Positions 25,648 through 40,570 are shown, counted from the stretch's first letter. The stretch is DNA of 64,000 nucleotides from Thalia democratica (GCA_965202585.1 OZ241829.1:25172001-25236000), one strand, 5' to 3'. The notes: generated by a model from the sequence alone, not told the origin. Numbers and translations are program-made.

Positions 25648-27050
25648 ATATTCACAAGGTGTTTTAGTTCAAGCCATAAATAGGTTTACTTTTTTTTATT
25701 TTACAAGTTTTTATATTACGTTATATAAGTAAAGTTTTCGGAATAGTGTACGTAATAAATAATTTTGTAAATGTTTAAAATGTTTGTTTTTCGAGGTTAC
25801 AAAACAATTTTTAGTCAAACTAAACTTTATTTTTACTTAGTGAAAAAATGCTTATAAAGATTATTTTCCTCCCAATCTAGTTTTTCTAAGCTTTTTTTTA
25901 GACTTCATTGATTCTATACTGTCTTGTCCTTGTGTCAAGTTTTAAAACTAAATTATTTTTGGTTTTTAATTGTGTTTTGTAAGCTTATCAGAAAAAAACT
26001 AGTCAAAGAAAGTTTTATAAGATTAACTTGTTCTTCTTTGTTTTCCTTTACTAAATTGTTATTAAACTATAAGTTTCTCTAATTTTCCTTTAAAAATAGA
26101 CGTTTAAGTTTGCTAAAAAACACTGTATTTTTAAGAATATAAGTTAATGAAAATGTAAATGAGATTTTATAATTCACTGGCTTTGTTATTATTTTATTAT
26201 TAACTAAATATTCTTTTTGAGCTAAAGCTAACTGTTCTCACAAACTGCTACTTTTTAACTTGAAAGATACAATTTAGTAATAAAAAACTTGACAACGTTG
26301 TATTTTATTTGCTATCAAAAAATTAAATTAAAAAAAAATCTTATCAATAGTTTAAACAACTTCTTAAAGTTTAGATTTAGGTTTTTAAGATTAAACTTTG
26401 TTTTATAAGACTAATTCTCCTCCCATATTAGTTTAATAAAACAAACTACTTATCTATAACTTTAAAACTGAAATTAAACGATATTTAAAACTTTAATTGC
26501 AAGTTTTAAAACAAAAAAAGTTGTGTTTTATCAAGTCGTTACATATTTTACATTATGTGTGTTTTTATGCAGATAAATGTAGTACTTGTATTTTTTAATT
26601 TTTTTCAAAGATGAAAAAATAATTATATGATAATTTTCATATTTTCCACCAATAATTATTAATATTTTTTTACATATTATTATTATTGCATGTTTATTGT
26701 TAATACTATGGTATAATAAACTTATTATCAAAAATGAATTACATAGTACATATACTTATTTTACTTATAATGTTAGCATTATCATACAATTAAGCTTATT
26801 TCTTATTATTTTTTACGATTATGCATAAATTAAAAAAATAAGTTATAACCTTTTATCTGAAATTTTTTTTTATGAAGTTTAATGTGTGAATTAAAGCGTT
26901 TGCTTTCACAAAAAGTAATTTAATAGGCTATAAATTTACTGATTTATCTTTGCCAGTGCTTTTTTATTGCTTATTTCAACACATTTTTATATTTCTTACT
27001 ACAACAGTTTTAAAGCAAATGAAGCTCGTGAAAGATTTTTTTCTTTAATT

Positions 27051-27085
27051 TTGGCCCGACACTTCAAAAAGGCTGCCGACCCCTG
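27051..27085. mobile_element. Solo right end of a hAT/Charlie-type MITE
   Basis: ttggcccgacacttcaaaaaggctgccgacccctg ends in the same tgccgacccctg TIR as 55708-55719. Confidence 0.6.
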
Positions 27086-30000
27086 AACCTAACTAAAATA
27101 CCAAAATGAAAACGTTTATTACGAAGTATTGTTTTTAAAGATACGAACAATAATGAATGATTTATCAATGAAATCATTTATGCTAATGTTTTATTTGCAG
27201 TTCGTCCCTGTTTTTCCTTATTAGATTTATATCTAAACTTTAAAATATTTATTTTGAAAATAAATTTTTTTTTTAATAACATTAAGTTTATTAATTGACT
27301 AACTATACTTCAAACAAAAATTACGTAGCGTAAGTTGAATGAATATGCTTAGCTTAAACTGTAAGTTTACTTAACAATACCTAATTTTTACACCCACTAA
27401 TAGTATGTTTTTATTTTAGTGAGTGCTTAACGTTTTAGATATCACAAAAGTAAGACTGTGTTTTTTTTCTCGTTTTTTTGAAAATAAAGTTAAAAGTTTC
27501 TTGTACTAATATCGCATCTTTTATAAAATGTCAGATTATAAATTACTTAAGCGAATTATCTTATTCAACTATTACGGTTTTTTATCGGATTTTATTTTTT
27601 TGTAATTCTTTCAAAGTAAAAAAAAAAACTTAGCTAAAATGTTCTAATAAGTTCTGTTAAGTTTAATTTTGTTTTCGGGCATAGTTTAAAACTTGTATTA
27701 AAAACAGCTATTAAGAAACCCTCAGTTTGGAGTTTAAACATGTGTTTGAGCTAACTATAAGTTAAAAAAGTTAGTGAACATCAAGTGTGACAAGTTATAA
27801 ATGACATTATCAGTAAATTGCATTCTTACTGCAAACAACTACTTTGTTGCAGTTGCTTGATGCTTTGTTTCATTTTTATTCAGCATTTGTAAAAGCTTTT
27901 GTGAATACAAACAGTATGACATTATGTGATGTTGTTTACGAGAATTACTTTCTTGATCAACTTGAAAAGTTTGATTTAGTCGTTGTTTAGCCAAGATAAT
28001 AAAAATTAATATTTTTTGTTCTGTAGGTTCTACAAACAGTTTCAATTATGTTTACCATACAAGTTTTTAAATATTACAGTTAATTAAAATAGCTTACAAA
28101 ACGAGTTTAGTGTATTCTATCTAATTAATAAATCTTAGCTGTTGTCGTTTTTGTTTTTCCAGTAATATAATTGTATACATTTAAGTATTAAGGAAGTTTC
28201 AAAAAAAAAACAATCAAAAAAAAAAAAACCAAACTAGTTTATGCTTAAATAGCAAAATTACTATAGTTTTCAAAAATTATCAAAGTTGTTTTAGTCTTAT
28301 TTAGCATTTGTGAATATTATCTTTTAATATAAACAGTATGTTACTCTGATTTTAATATTACTAATACTTATTTGTTAACAATTTTACAAGTTTTAGTTTA
28401 AATGAGACAAAGTCGAAATTAAATAAAGAAACTTTTTTAACTTTTACAGCTTCTACAAGAAACTTCAGCTGTATTTTTACTACAAGTGTATTAATTTTAA
28501 AGTTACAGTAAAAGTAGCTTACTAAGCGAGTATAGTGTTAAGTGTTTAATTAATACAGCTTAATTATTATCGTGTGGTTTTGTCTAACGATGTAATTATA
28601 TACACTCACGCTGTAAGGAAGTCCAAAAAAAGTTAAAAAATTCTACTTGTTAGAAATACTCTAAAAAATCAAAATAGAAGTTTTTTGTTTAAAATTCATT
28701 TTTCGAGTTAGAAAAGTGATATTTCTGTTTAAAAAAAAACTACAAAATTCTGCTTTGTAGTGAACTGAGTTTATGAAAAAATGTAAATAATATTGTTTAC
28801 TTTATAACCATTAGCAAATAACAAAAAGCAAACGTTCATATTTTTTGTGATTTTGAAACAGTTCAAAGAGTAGTGTAATTAAGTTTAGATAATTTCAAAT
28901 TAGAAGCATTAATAAAACTAGGCAAAATATATAAATTTTAATTCAATTAGATCATGTTTTCAATCGTACTATAAGTTGTAACTTTACAAAGTACTTCATA
29001 ATTTGTTTTCAGTGAAATATTTTTAATTTATTATCAAATCGTTTCAACGTATTTTACGACTAACTACAAAAACTAGTACAACGAGTACAAAACAATTTCA
29101 AACTAAGTCACCAATGTATTAATTTTAAATTTCAAAATAGTTAAGATAAGGGTCGATTTTTTTAAAACAGAGAATAATGTATAAACAGCTACAAACCAGT
29201 TAAAGTTGTTGTATTTTATTATAGTTTTAGACAAAAACTAATTTTATATACTTTTAATATATATTTAACTTTTGGTTTTACTTTATTGTCGAAAATAGTA
29301 TGTTTAGTATACAGAGTTAAATTGTGAACTAAAAAAAAATTACTTTAACTTTATTAAAATACATTTTTTTGAATGTTACTTGTAAAATCTTCGAGCTTTA
29401 GTAAAAGCGACGTGATTTTATATTGCTTAATGTTTAAAGCACGTATTGTAAACAATAATGTTTGTAAATAAAAGCAAATAAAATGTTTACTTTAACTTAC
29501 ATTAAGGATATGTGCAATAATTGTGGTCAAAACTTTGAATATTTCAACCAGTGTAGTAAAGCTGGTTTACACAATACTTTAGAGTGTATAAATAATTAAA
29601 GTAAGTGTACCAAAACAAAAGCTTCATGTTTCACAAGTCATGTCAGCAGCGAAGTTCATAAATTTTGATGATCAATTTTATTAAGATTGATTTTGTGAAA
29701 AGAAGGTTTTGTTTGTAACATCAACAAACTTGTTTATTAGCAGCTATACTTTTTACAATTTAATTAATTCATTAGAAAATTAGAACAAATGGTACAGAAA
29801 AAAATTATGAAACATGTTATTGTTGGAATTTTTAATAAGCTTGCTTTTGTTGTTACCAGGAAGTATTTTCATTATAGTCGACCAAAGCGTGCATACAGTA
29901 ACAAAGTGTCAGTGAAGTGTTACTTAGCAAGTTTGTAAACACTGATGGATATAAATACTCTACATCATAAGATTATAACTTGTGTTTTTTGTAGGCCTTT

Positions 30001-31894
30001 TGTTTGCTTTCAACTTTAGTTATTTGTGTTTTAGAATATTTTTATTAACTTTAGTTTTACCGAAGTCTTAAGTATAAATGATTGGTTAGCATTTATTTTA
30101 GATCGGTTCGTTTTAAACTTCCATTGTTGTTTTTCAATTAAAATTTTGTCATAAGTGAATATTTTTTACCTAAAATTTGAAGCTTCGTTTAACTTTATTT
30201 AAGAAAACTCATTTTTATCTTTAGAGAAATAATAATGTGTTTTTTGATATTTATTTATTTTCTTGTAAAACAGTGTGTTAATTAGCGTCTTCTTGATATA
30301 ATTATTTAGCTACTAAATGATATTAAACTACTAAAGTTATTTATAAAATGTTTTTTTTTACGATCACAATTAATTGTTTTTATACTTAAGCTTTAATTTA
30401 AATTCATTAACAACATAGGGTTAAACTATTGATTCAAAGCTGTTTGTACTTAAATTTAAAGATCTCTTTTAATAACTATCTATGTTTAAATCTAACACCC
30501 TTGGTAAAAACGATATGATTTTAAAATATCAAATGTTCTAAGCATGTATCTAAAGTAAACAAAATTTGTAATCAAAGGTAAAAAATGTTTACTTTAACCT
30601 ACACTAAGCACATGTTAATAAATTATGGTTATCTTTTGAAAACGTTTAAGATTTTAACAAGTACAGTAAGTTTAGTTTCACCAATATAAAATGACTTTGT
30701 AGTCATGCCAATAGTAACGTTCGTAAGACTTTGTGATAAGTTTGATAAATAGTTTATTTATCATAGATATATTTTTATTTGTATAATCAAAATCTTTTTT
30801 ATTTGCAGTTACTGTTTATGATTAAACTAAGCCATTTTTTAAATATAGCAAACGGTATGAAAATATTAATTTATGTTGAATTTTCAATAATCTTGCTTTT
30901 ATTTTACTATAGTTAACTAAAGAACGCTTATAAAAGCAAAGAGTTACTAAAGTAAACTTAAAGAAGTTTATAAACACTTGGTGGCTATAAATACTTTGCA
31001 CAGTTTGATTTTAACTTGTGTTCGTATAGTTTATTTTTGTTTGCTTTTAACTTTCAACGTTTAGAATTAAAATTATTATATTAAATTTTAACTTTACTTG
31101 AATCTATAAATGAAAGGTAAGATCAAATAAGTTTATCTTAAATCTACATTATTTTTTTTTAACTAAAGTTTAGTCATAAATTAGTTTTTTAGTTACTTAA
31201 CATTGAAATTTAGGTTTATTTTATTTAAGAAAACATGTTTAATTTAAGAGAAATAGTTATGTAATTTTATCTTCTAATTTAAATTTATATAACACAGTTG
31301 GCGTTTCATTAATCTAAGTGTTTAACTGCTAAATTCATAATCTTGTTTTTTTTTTATTTATTCTTACTAATCGTAAAAACACTCAAAGTTTCTTGCTGTA
31401 TGTAAAAACTAATTACTACACAACATTTATATTTTGTTAGTTGTGATACTGAGTTTAAACTTCAGTTTAAGATAGAATGAACTCAAGCTGTTTGTTTAGT
31501 TGGTTAACAAAAGACAAAGCTTTTTACTTTATGACGCTATTGCAAGTGTGCTTACTATAAGTAGTAATGTTATTTGTTTTTCCTAAGTTTTTTTAACTTC
31601 GTTTTTAAACTATTGAAACAAAAGTCTAAGTTAGTTACAACTTATAAAACTTTAATAAACTTTGAAAACAAAACTTATTTCCTATTGCCATTTCTTTGAA
31701 ATAGTTGGTTTTTGTAGAATTATAAAAGTTTAAAAAATAAAAAGAAAAAAAAATGTTTAGTTGTTATAACAACGCTTATAAAGTTATACTTTGAAAACAA
31801 AAACGTTTTACAACTTTTTTACTTTTCGTGCTTTTAACACAGCTCTATTAACCTTACTCAATTTCCCAGGTTTTCAATTACAGTTTAATTCAAA

Positions 31895-33331
31895 ATGCTT
31901 CAAAAAAGCCTCACATGGGTAACGGCGGTGGTTGAAAACTTATTCTTCGCCGGTATCGTGTTCGGGTGGGCCAACCTGTACCCGGTGCTGGTGAGAGAAA
32001 ACTTCTTTTCCGAAAGCTGCCATCATTCAAAAACGTCACTAAACTTCACAATGACGTCACCGAACGTCACAGTTCCCTGCGAGTCGCAGAAGCAGTCGCT
32101 CTCTTCCGTCTTCGTCGCCAGCACGTCGCTGGGCCTCTTTTCCTCGGTGCTGGTCGGCGCGGCGCTGGACCGCTTCGGCATCTGGTCGGTGCGGACGGTG
32201 CTGGTCAACATGGCGGTGTGCAGTCTGCTGGCCACCGCCCGCTTGTCAGCAGGGGACTCGCACCTGCTGACGGTCACAGTTTCGGTTTTGCACGTGAGCG
32301 GGCTGGGGCTGCACATGACCAACCTGCAAGTTGCCAACATTTTCAACGAGGACAGGAACATGTACGTGGCGTTCGTGTCGGGCGCCCTCGGGTCCGGGTC
32401 GGCCTCTTTCCTCATCCTCAACTACCTCTACTTTGAATTGAACGTCAGCTTCGAGGTCCTGTTCACGGCGTTCGCCTGCTGCTACTTCCTGCTGAACCTC
32501 AGGACGTTCCTGCTCACTCCCAGGTTTCGCGCTCCTGAGAACGCTCCGGAAGACTACAAGTACGGGTACAAGCAGCTTGGTAACTCGAGCAGATCGGACT
32601 ATCAAATGGTTGAAAAAACAAAGCAGAAAGGGGAGAAAACAAAACTTGTTGAAAAGGACACTTTCAAACAGTTCATCACTAAAAAAGTTTTCATCTTCAC
32701 TGTTTTATCAAACGCGGTGTTGAACTTCACAAGCATGATGTACATATCGGTGTTAAACGACTTCATGACGAGCCTACTCGAGCGGAACGAAGAAGTCGAC
32801 TTTTATGTCAATGTGTTTGGAATAATCCAGTTCGTGGGGTTCGTTTTCTCTCCGCTTAGCGGCGCCATAACGCAGTACTTCAAGCGAACCTCAAATGAAG
32901 AGGAACGGACCGCCGCGATACGGTCGTGCACCGTCGGCCTGTTCGTCGGTGGGTTCTGCGCCGTCGTCATGGAAACGTGCATGGTGCTCCCCTCGCCTCG
33001 CCTCCAGCTGGTTTCAATGTCGGCGCAGGTTCTTAGCAAGGCCTTCTTCGTCAGCAGCAGCAACGCGCTCATCAGCGTCGTTTTTCCCGCCAAAATGTTC
33101 GGCAAGCTATACAGCGTGATGGCGGTCTGCCAGGCATTGATGCTCCTCCTTCAGCAGCCGCTGATGACGTTTTTGACGGAAACTTTGAACGGCGACTTTG
33201 TCATTTTCAACTCGATTGTTTCCCTGGTGTCCTTGTTGACGCTGGCACAGCCGGTCTACGTGGCCTTCTTTTATTTGAAAAAGCAAAACGGGTTTTACGA
33301 TAAGACGAACGAAGAAAGTTTGCTGAGATGA
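31895..33331 (+). CDS. Intronless SLC43-family (LAT3/LAT4/SLC43A3-like) MFS transporter, 478 aa
   Basis: N-terminal TAVVENLFFAGIVFGWANLYPVL matches SLC43 TM1; MFS motif G...DRFG in loop 2-3; LHMTNLQVANIF; about 12 hydrophobic segments with a central loop; VFPAKMFGKLY in the C-terminal half. Exact orthologue not assignable. Confidence 0.9.
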   Translation: MLQKSLTWVTAVVENLFFAGIVFGWANLYPVLVRENFFSESCHHSKTSLNFTMTSPNVTVPCESQKQSLSSVFVASTSLGLFSSVLVGAALDRFGIWSVRTVLVNMAVCSLLATARLSAGDSHLLTVTVSVLHVSGLGLHMTNLQVANIFNEDRNMYVAFVSGALGSGSASFLILNYLYFELNVSFEVLFTAFACCYFLLNLRTFLLTPRFRAPENAPEDYKYGYKQLGNSSRSDYQMVEKTKQKGEKTKLVEKDTFKQFITKKVFIFTVLSNAVLNFTSMMYISVLNDFMTSLLERNEEVDFYVNVFGIIQFVGFVFSPLSGAITQYFKRTSNEEERTAAIRSCTVGLFVGGFCAVVMETCMVLPSPRLQLVSMSAQVLSKAFFVSSSNALISVVFPAKMFGKLYSVMAVCQALMLLLQQPLMTFLTETLNGDFVIFNSIVSLVSLLTLAQPVYVAFFYLKKQNGFYDKTNEESLLR

Positions 33332-35540
33332 TACTTGCTGGATTTTAATTAAACTTTTTAACTTTTAAATAAACACTTTGTTGCCAGTTTAAATAATCAT
33401 TTTTAAAACTTTAAGTTTGTGCAATGCAATGTTTTGTAGGCTAATAAAAAATTAATTTGCTTGAGATATGTTGCTGTGTTGTAGAAAAGGTAAAAGTGTA
33501 ATTTTTATAGTATAAAAACTATATACAAACTTTATAGTATAAAAGCTTAAATTAATTCCAATTATTGCTCGAATAGTTACAAGCTTCTACTTTTTGTTTG
33601 ATAAACAATAGTATTTATTTTATAAACAATAGTATTTGTTTTGATTGACTTTAAAACAATTATTTAAAATTGGTTTGTCAAATACTCTTTAAAATAAAAT
33701 TTTAATAAAACTCTTATACAATTTTTAAAACTTAAACGTTTTAATGTAATTTTTGATGTCGTATAAAGTACTAGATATATTGTGCACTAATGTTTTAGAA
33801 ACATTTTTATAGTTTTAAATTTTAAAAAGAATTCTTTTTTATGTTCTGTTTATTTCAATAGTTATTTTACACGTGTAGAAGTATATTTAAGTTTTGTTTT
33901 TATTACTTAATATGTTGCATATTTTAGATTTTTTGTTGTGTTTTCATTATACAATAGTTTTTTCTTACTATCAAGTGCAAGATTTTGTTTGAAAAACAAT
34001 CTTTTTCCCAGTAGATTTTTTTGTTATAAATTAAATCTTAAATAGGTATCCAAAATAAATAAAAGTAAGAAAAATGTTGGATAATGAAGGTTTTGTGCAC
34101 GATTTTTTGACAATAAGTTGTACGTTTTTTAAATTTAGTGTAAACAAGCCATCTATAAATAAAAAACCTAATAGCATCTTTCTTTTAAAAAATACAAACT
34201 AATATTTAAACTGTATTTCTCAAACTTTGTTATAAGTATAACACTGAAAACTAAAACTTCAGTAGTTGTGAGGCATACTAATATCTTCTATATTTAAACA
34301 AAAGTTGTTTTACAGTAAAAACAAAGCTAACATTGATAAATTGTTTTAGATACTCAACATTAAAAATTTTGTATACATTTTACGTGAACATTTTTGGAAA
34401 AAAAAATCAAAGGTTATGTTATTGCAAAATAAATTATAAAAAAAAAGTAAAGTATTTTTAAACTAATGATAAACGAAATTAATAAACTAGAAAATTCTAT
34501 TGATTATTATTAAATATTATATATTTCTAAAAAAAAATGACTGAAGTTGAAAAGAATTAATATTTTAAAGTAAAATTTTACTCAAGTTATTAAATATAAA
34601 AATACTGAAAAGCCGTTTTACATTCTCGTAAAATTTTACTAAAGTCTTATAGAAATCTTTAATAATTAAGTTCTTATTCAAAGCTAAACTATAAATAGTT
34701 CGATATATACTTTTTAAATCATATTGTATATTGTAAAAAAAGTCTGATTTAACGTTCAGTACTTTTACCAAAGAAATGTAAGTATTTTGACTAACAACAA
34801 GTTTTTTTGAACTTTTATTTAAATTTTTTTCTAAGACAAAAAATTCATTACATAATAAGAAAAAACTAAGTTTCATACCAGTCTTAACTATTTTATTTTT
34901 AAAAGTCGCGGAAACTAAGTTTTAAGTGTTGACAATTTGTTGTTATTCTGACAAGTGTTTATTTTACGCGTAAAAAAGTAAATAAAACAAATTTTATGAG
35001 GCTTGTAGCTTTTGTGCAATATGTGTTTTGTTACCAACTTTTGTTTATATTAAAGCAATCATAAACTATTTTACATTTTAGTACTTACTACTAACAGTTG
35101 TAATTGTATTGTCATAATTATTTATTTAAAAAAAGTTCTGTACAACCAGGATATTTTGGCACATGGTGTAACAAAAAGAAAACTAACTTTGATAACCAAC
35201 TAATGTTAAATAGCGGGCTCTTGAAAAAAGTATAGTCTGCTTATGATTGGTCACTGAATTAAAAAAACATACATGATTACATTTCTTTTACTGTTTTGTC
35301 ATTTTTGAAATTATCACCTATAAAAACCCTGTTAGAAACCTATAAGTTACTTATTTTAACTTACTTTTATGTTTATAATACACCTAAACATAAGACATAT
35401 ACAAAACAAAAATTGCTTTCAAACATTAATGCATAGCTAAAACGTCCTTAAGCTTGTTCACTTTAAAAAACTATAATTAAGTTAAAAGCTTTTATGTACA
35501 ATAGGTTTGGTTTTTGTAAATGCTTTAGATATGTATATAC

Positions 35541-36616
35541 CAGTGGCGTAGCGTGGTATTTTGGTCATGGGGTGCGCAAATTTTTTTCTCAAAAAATCCT
35601 CTAAATTAAAACTTTTGTAGTTAGCTATAAAGAAACTTTTTTTAAGTAATATAACTAAAATAAATTTATTGACTAAAATAAGATCGTTAACTGTTTTAGA
35701 AAATATTTATATATTACAAAATTAAACATTTAAATAAAAGTATAAATTTCATTAAAATTACTTATACTTGCAAAAATGTAAACTTACTAAATAAAAATTG
35801 TTTTTATTACTCATAGTAAACTTTATATCTTTAAAAATTAATATATTTAATAAAACGAAAGTATCTGTTTTATTTAAGAAATAAATATCAATCTCTTTAA
35901 TATACAATACAACAGTGATAACAACACCTCATTACACATGATTTTAATAAAGTTACACAGAAGTTAAAATAGACCAACTTTATAACTGTTATTACAGTTT
36001 ATTACAACTTTGTAAAATAGTTAAAAGTATACTTTTTAAATTTAATTCATTTGATTGTATTTTTTTTAAATAAAAATCACAAACAAAGTTTATTTCTCAT
36101 AGGCCGACACGCTTATCTTGTATGTTTACAAAAACAAAGTTCAGAAAACTAGCAGTAATCTTAACAATGTAGCATAAAAAAAAAATTGTAAAATTGTTTA
36201 ATTTTTCTTTAAGCGTGACGTGTTTTGTAAACTTTTTGTAGAAAAATAATCTGCTATAAGGTTATACTACAGCGGTGCGCTATATTAATTGCGTGCTTTT
36301 TGAGTCAAAATTCTTATGAAGTTAATGAACTTATAAAGTTTTTCCTTATGGAGTTTTTCATCAACATCGGTCCGCATTTGCAATTACGCACTGAATCAGT
36401 GTATTGAGTAATAACATGTACTTTCCTAACTTAAAACTAATTGGTATTCAAAATTTCGTTTAACTTTTTGAATACTAGATAAACATAGTTGAAAAAAGGC
36501 AAATTAAGCAGAAAAAATAAACTATAAAGGATAAAGATATTACATTCTTTTTTCTACATTTTTATTTTTTTGGGTGGCACGCATGCGCCAGTGTCCCTCC
36601 CCACGCTACGCCCCTG
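35541..36616. mobile_element. hAT-type non-autonomous element (CAGTGGCGTAGC family), ~1.08 kb
   Basis: TIRs cagtggcgtagcgtgg / ccacgctacgcccctg (15/16); flanks gtatatac / gtacttaa (5/8, eroded TSD). Confidence 0.8.
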
Positions 36617-37459
36617 GTACTTAAAAAAAAAGAAAAACAAACATTTTTTCTATTTAAAATGTTTTTGCTTATTTTAAGCACTGACAAGCTCTTTGAGCGA
36701 AGCTTAGTTTTCAAATATACTTTTTTTAATAAAACGTACAAAAGCTTTTATGTACTATATTTCTACACTAATGCAATATAAAGCTATTAGTTTAAAAGAT
36801 TTTCTGAATAAGTAATTAACTTACTTGAACTAAGAATTTGTAAGTTTTAAGATTACATCAGCTTTATTTACAAAACAGCTTTTTTTTATAATATGGCATT
36901 AGGACTAAATTACTAAAAGATTAGACTTCACTTAAAAACTTACTAAGTTTTCTTTCAAAGTCCAAAGAAGTAAATTCCTAAACATAAGTAACATTTAAAA
37001 AAAAAAAAAAACATTTTAATATGCTTTTGTCAATTTATTAATGTAGGAACTATCAATTCTAACGTAATTTCCTTGAAAATAATGTGAGTTTTACAGTCTT
37101 ACTTATTTAGCCTTACTGTTTGTTGTGAGGCTCTTTAAAAAAATCAGTAGTAAAATTTAAAACAGCCCTACAGTAAAATAAAAATAAAACTGTGCTTCAG
37201 TAAAAACAAATGCTTTTGATACTAATTTATTTATATTCTAAACAAGATGAACGCAGTCAAAATTTAAACTTAAGTAACACCAAAACTATCATACTGCCCA
37301 TAAAGCTTATCAATTGTATGCAGTTTTAAATAGCAAGTTCGTATATACGCCATTAACAAGCAAAAACACGTTAAACACTTTATTTTACACGAATTTCATT
37401 AAAACTTCGATAAAAAAACTATAACTACAAAACATCATCGTGGTTTCCACGACAACTGT

Positions 37460-37619
37460 TCACATGACGACGCGAACCGGAAGCATGTCTTTAGTGACGT
37501 GTGGAGGGGGGGAGGCCATCTTGGTGACGAGTATAAAGGTGAAGTTGGCTGCAAATTGGTGCATGAAGTTGTTGCTCTGGTACATCTGTTCATCGCTACT
37601 CTTCACCAAGCTCATGTAG
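37460..37619 (-). CDS. IQANK1: IQANK1-like gene, terminal coding exon ((N)YMSLVKSSDEQMYQSNNF...FILVTKMASPPPHVTKDMLPVRVVM*)
   Basis: ttacAG acceptor at 37621-37620; phase matches the upstream exon; resembles the IQANK1 C-terminus as recalled (YLSL...Y...F..F..VTK...P...LPVRV); minus-strand AATAAA near 37380. Confidence 0.85.
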
Positions 37620-38660
37620 CTGTAACATATTGTCCGCTAAGTGGCGAATTTTTTGAGTTTAAAAGTAAAAGGGTAGGATGCTTTCGGTGAGGCTATAAGT
37701 TTTAGTGATTACTATTCTTTTTATATAAAAAAAACTACATTTAAAAAGATAAATTATATGATCCCGTGTCCGTTTATTTATTGATAGTGATAGTTATAAA
37801 CATAATATTTGAAATCATGGTTTGGAATTTTGAAAATATGCTATTAAGTAAAAAAACTTCGGACCTATTAAGTTTATTTTCGATTGTCTATTTACCTTTT
37901 TACTTATATAAAATCATAATAATGATTAAAACTAATATTCTTACCGAGAGTTTGAACACGAAAAAAACCTTAAGAGTAGACTGTTGATTAAAAACTCTGT
38001 ATACTCTAAATTACAGCTAACTTATTTGTTAAAAAACAAAATTGTTAATCCATGTAAGCTAACCTTTATAAAAAAGTGATTAAAGTTAGCATAAAAATAG
38101 AGTTTAAACAAATTTTTCCTGGAATGTTTTTTTGTTAAAAAATTAATAGTTTTAATGAGTTATTGTGCACAGTTAAAAAAAAACTACGAGGGTTTAAGAG
38201 CATGTTTGAAAACATATGTTCAAATGATATTTTCAAAGTGACACATTTTATTATTTTCGTTTTAATTTTTTTTTTATCAAACAAATTGTTTAATCTGTCT
38301 ATAAGTTATTTGCATTTATGAGAGAAAGAAAAAGTTTTATAACACTTTTATGTTTTGAGATTAGATTTCATTAATAATGAGAAATAGTTATCTTTTTATT
38401 TCGACAGTAATGCTCTGGTTGCCCAAGTATTATTTGTAAATAAAAGTATTATACTTTTAAAAATATAAAAAACCAACCCATTTTAATTAAAATAAACAAA
38501 TTTTTTGAAATGGGCTTAAACTAAACATTTTGCGTATAGCTCTGATAGCTCTGATAAGAATAACTCTATAACACTTTGGTTACAACTTGTTTAGACTTGA
38601 ACAATATACTAAGCACGTTTGTGCAAATCCCCCATATCAAATTTGAACAAAGCAACTTAC

Positions 38661-38789
38661 TTTTCATCTAGGAGCAGTTTCTTGCTCAGCAGGTCTTGCA
38701 TGAGGTTCGGTCGAATTTTGTTGACTGCTTCAGTCACTGCGTTCAGCAAGTCTGCATCCATCATGTCAATCACAAGCGGCTTGCCGTGT
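38661..38789 (-). CDS. IQANK1: IQANK1-like gene, internal exon ((R)HGKPLVIDMMDADLLNAVTEAVNKIRPNLMQDLLSKKLLLDE)
   Basis: aagcAG / GTAAGT boundaries, 129 nt, phase 2-2; matches the IQANK1 RYGKPLVFDL...LL...LL.NE segment. Confidence 0.85.
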
Positions 38790-40483
38790 CTGCTTGAAAT
38801 GATATACACTTGCAATTGCTTGAGTTTATTTCTTAAAGCAAGCATAATTCGTACAGTAGGTTTTTATGCATGCATTTATGATTAGTTCAAGTAAACTTTT
38901 ACGAGTTTATAGATTGTAGCTTTTTTTTGTCGAACCAGATTAGTGTTTTTTGAAAAACATCGTAAATTGGTCAAAATGTAAAAATAATTTCGTAGTCAGT
39001 TTAGAAACGACTAGAGTAACAAGTTTAAGAAAACTTTAACTTAACAAAAAGAAAAACATAAAATTTACGTTAAAATTTCCTATCCCCAGATTATCGATTC
39101 ATTTTTCTTAACATTGAATTTTCTGATTTATGTTTTGTATTTTATATTTGTCAATCACTTAGCTTTGAAACTTTTTGATACAATTGAGCTATCAAAAAAA
39201 GCACTTTTTATTTAAAAAACAATCAACGTTGAAACTACATCAGGAAAGCGAAAACATACCTTAACAAAACAAAAGATAGTTGTAACAGGTAAAAAAGCAT
39301 TTGTTTTTAACGCTAGAATTCAGCTTTAGAACATTACTTTAAGCTTAAATTTTTTCAACAAAGTTAAAAAAGATAGAGTTATAACCAAAAACAATTGAGC
39401 TTTTTTTAGAAAAACTATTTTTTAATCAAATAGCCACCTACTATCGTGAAAACAATACAAAACATACACGAAAAAATTCGTTGTATAACTTTCAACTAAA
39501 ATCACTAATTAGTTCTTGAAATAATGGTTTCATTGTTAAGAAAATATAATACCAACAGATCATATACATTTTGTACATCTTAATTTATTTATTGCAATGC
39601 TACAAAACAAAACCTACTCTTGGTATAATTTTTAGCACAGAAAAGACTTATGTTATTAAAATGCACAACAATTAGTGTTCAAAAATATGAACTATAAAAC
39701 ATACAGCTATTTTAAATCACATTTTATACTGTGTTAACATTTACGCACACAACTGTGCACATGTAAACACTCTGAAAAGCTGTTATATTACGTGTTTAGT
39801 ACAACATTTAGAACTTTCGAGATTTAAATGGTTTTTATGATTTGTCTTAAAAACGTATTGTTGCAGTTTATAGTAAAAAAATTAAATAGTAGTATACAAA
39901 CAAAAATAACAATAAAATAATTTTAGTCATCATTAAGTGACAAGACAATGTAAAAACCACACATACTTAAATTAGAAAAAAAACATCACCAAATTACTAA
40001 AAGCATTTATTCAGGTAATAGCTAGTAATAAGGTACAAAATCATAAAATGTAGCCAATAAACCATCTTTTAGAGCAAATAACTTAGATTTGTAGTTACAT
40101 AAGGATTGCTTTAATGTATTATTGTTGCATAAAACCGTCTTATTTCTTTAAAAACAAAAACATACTTTCTGAAACGTTAAACTAAAACTAATGTATTTAA
40201 AATAAAATTCAGCAAAGATTAGACAAATAAAACGTTCACATATCAGTCCTTTCGAGGTGTAAATAAAAACTCTATAAGTGTTTTAAAAAATATTTGACTT
40301 AGTAAAACTTCATAACTACGAGTAAGTAGTTTAACACAGACAGAAAACCTCAGTAACTTTTTTCAAAATTAAAAATAAATCTTAAAAAACTATCTAAAAA
40401 AAATTAATAACTATAAGTAACTGTCTTCAATAAAAAATAAAAAACACAACTAAAAACAAAATCAGAAAAAAAAACTTAACCAC

Positions 40484-40570
40484 CTGATGGCGCCGATGAG
40501 CGCCAGCCTGATTCTTTCTGGCTGCATTTCGTTCTGGTTGAGAGCGTTCAGGTAGTTAACGTTCCTGTAC
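40484..40570 (-). CDS. IQANK1: IQANK1-like gene, internal exon ((R)YRNVNYLNALNQNEMQPERIRLALIGAI(R))
   Basis: tttcacAG / GTGGTT boundaries, 87 nt, phase 2-2; matches IQANK1 RY.DTNY...P..L.PE...LALLGALR. Not in the ORF track. Confidence 0.85.

Noticed and set aside
31966-33119. Overlapping alternative-frame and antisense ORFs in the SLC43 gene
   Set aside because: By-products of GC-rich third codon positions; no recognisable domains.
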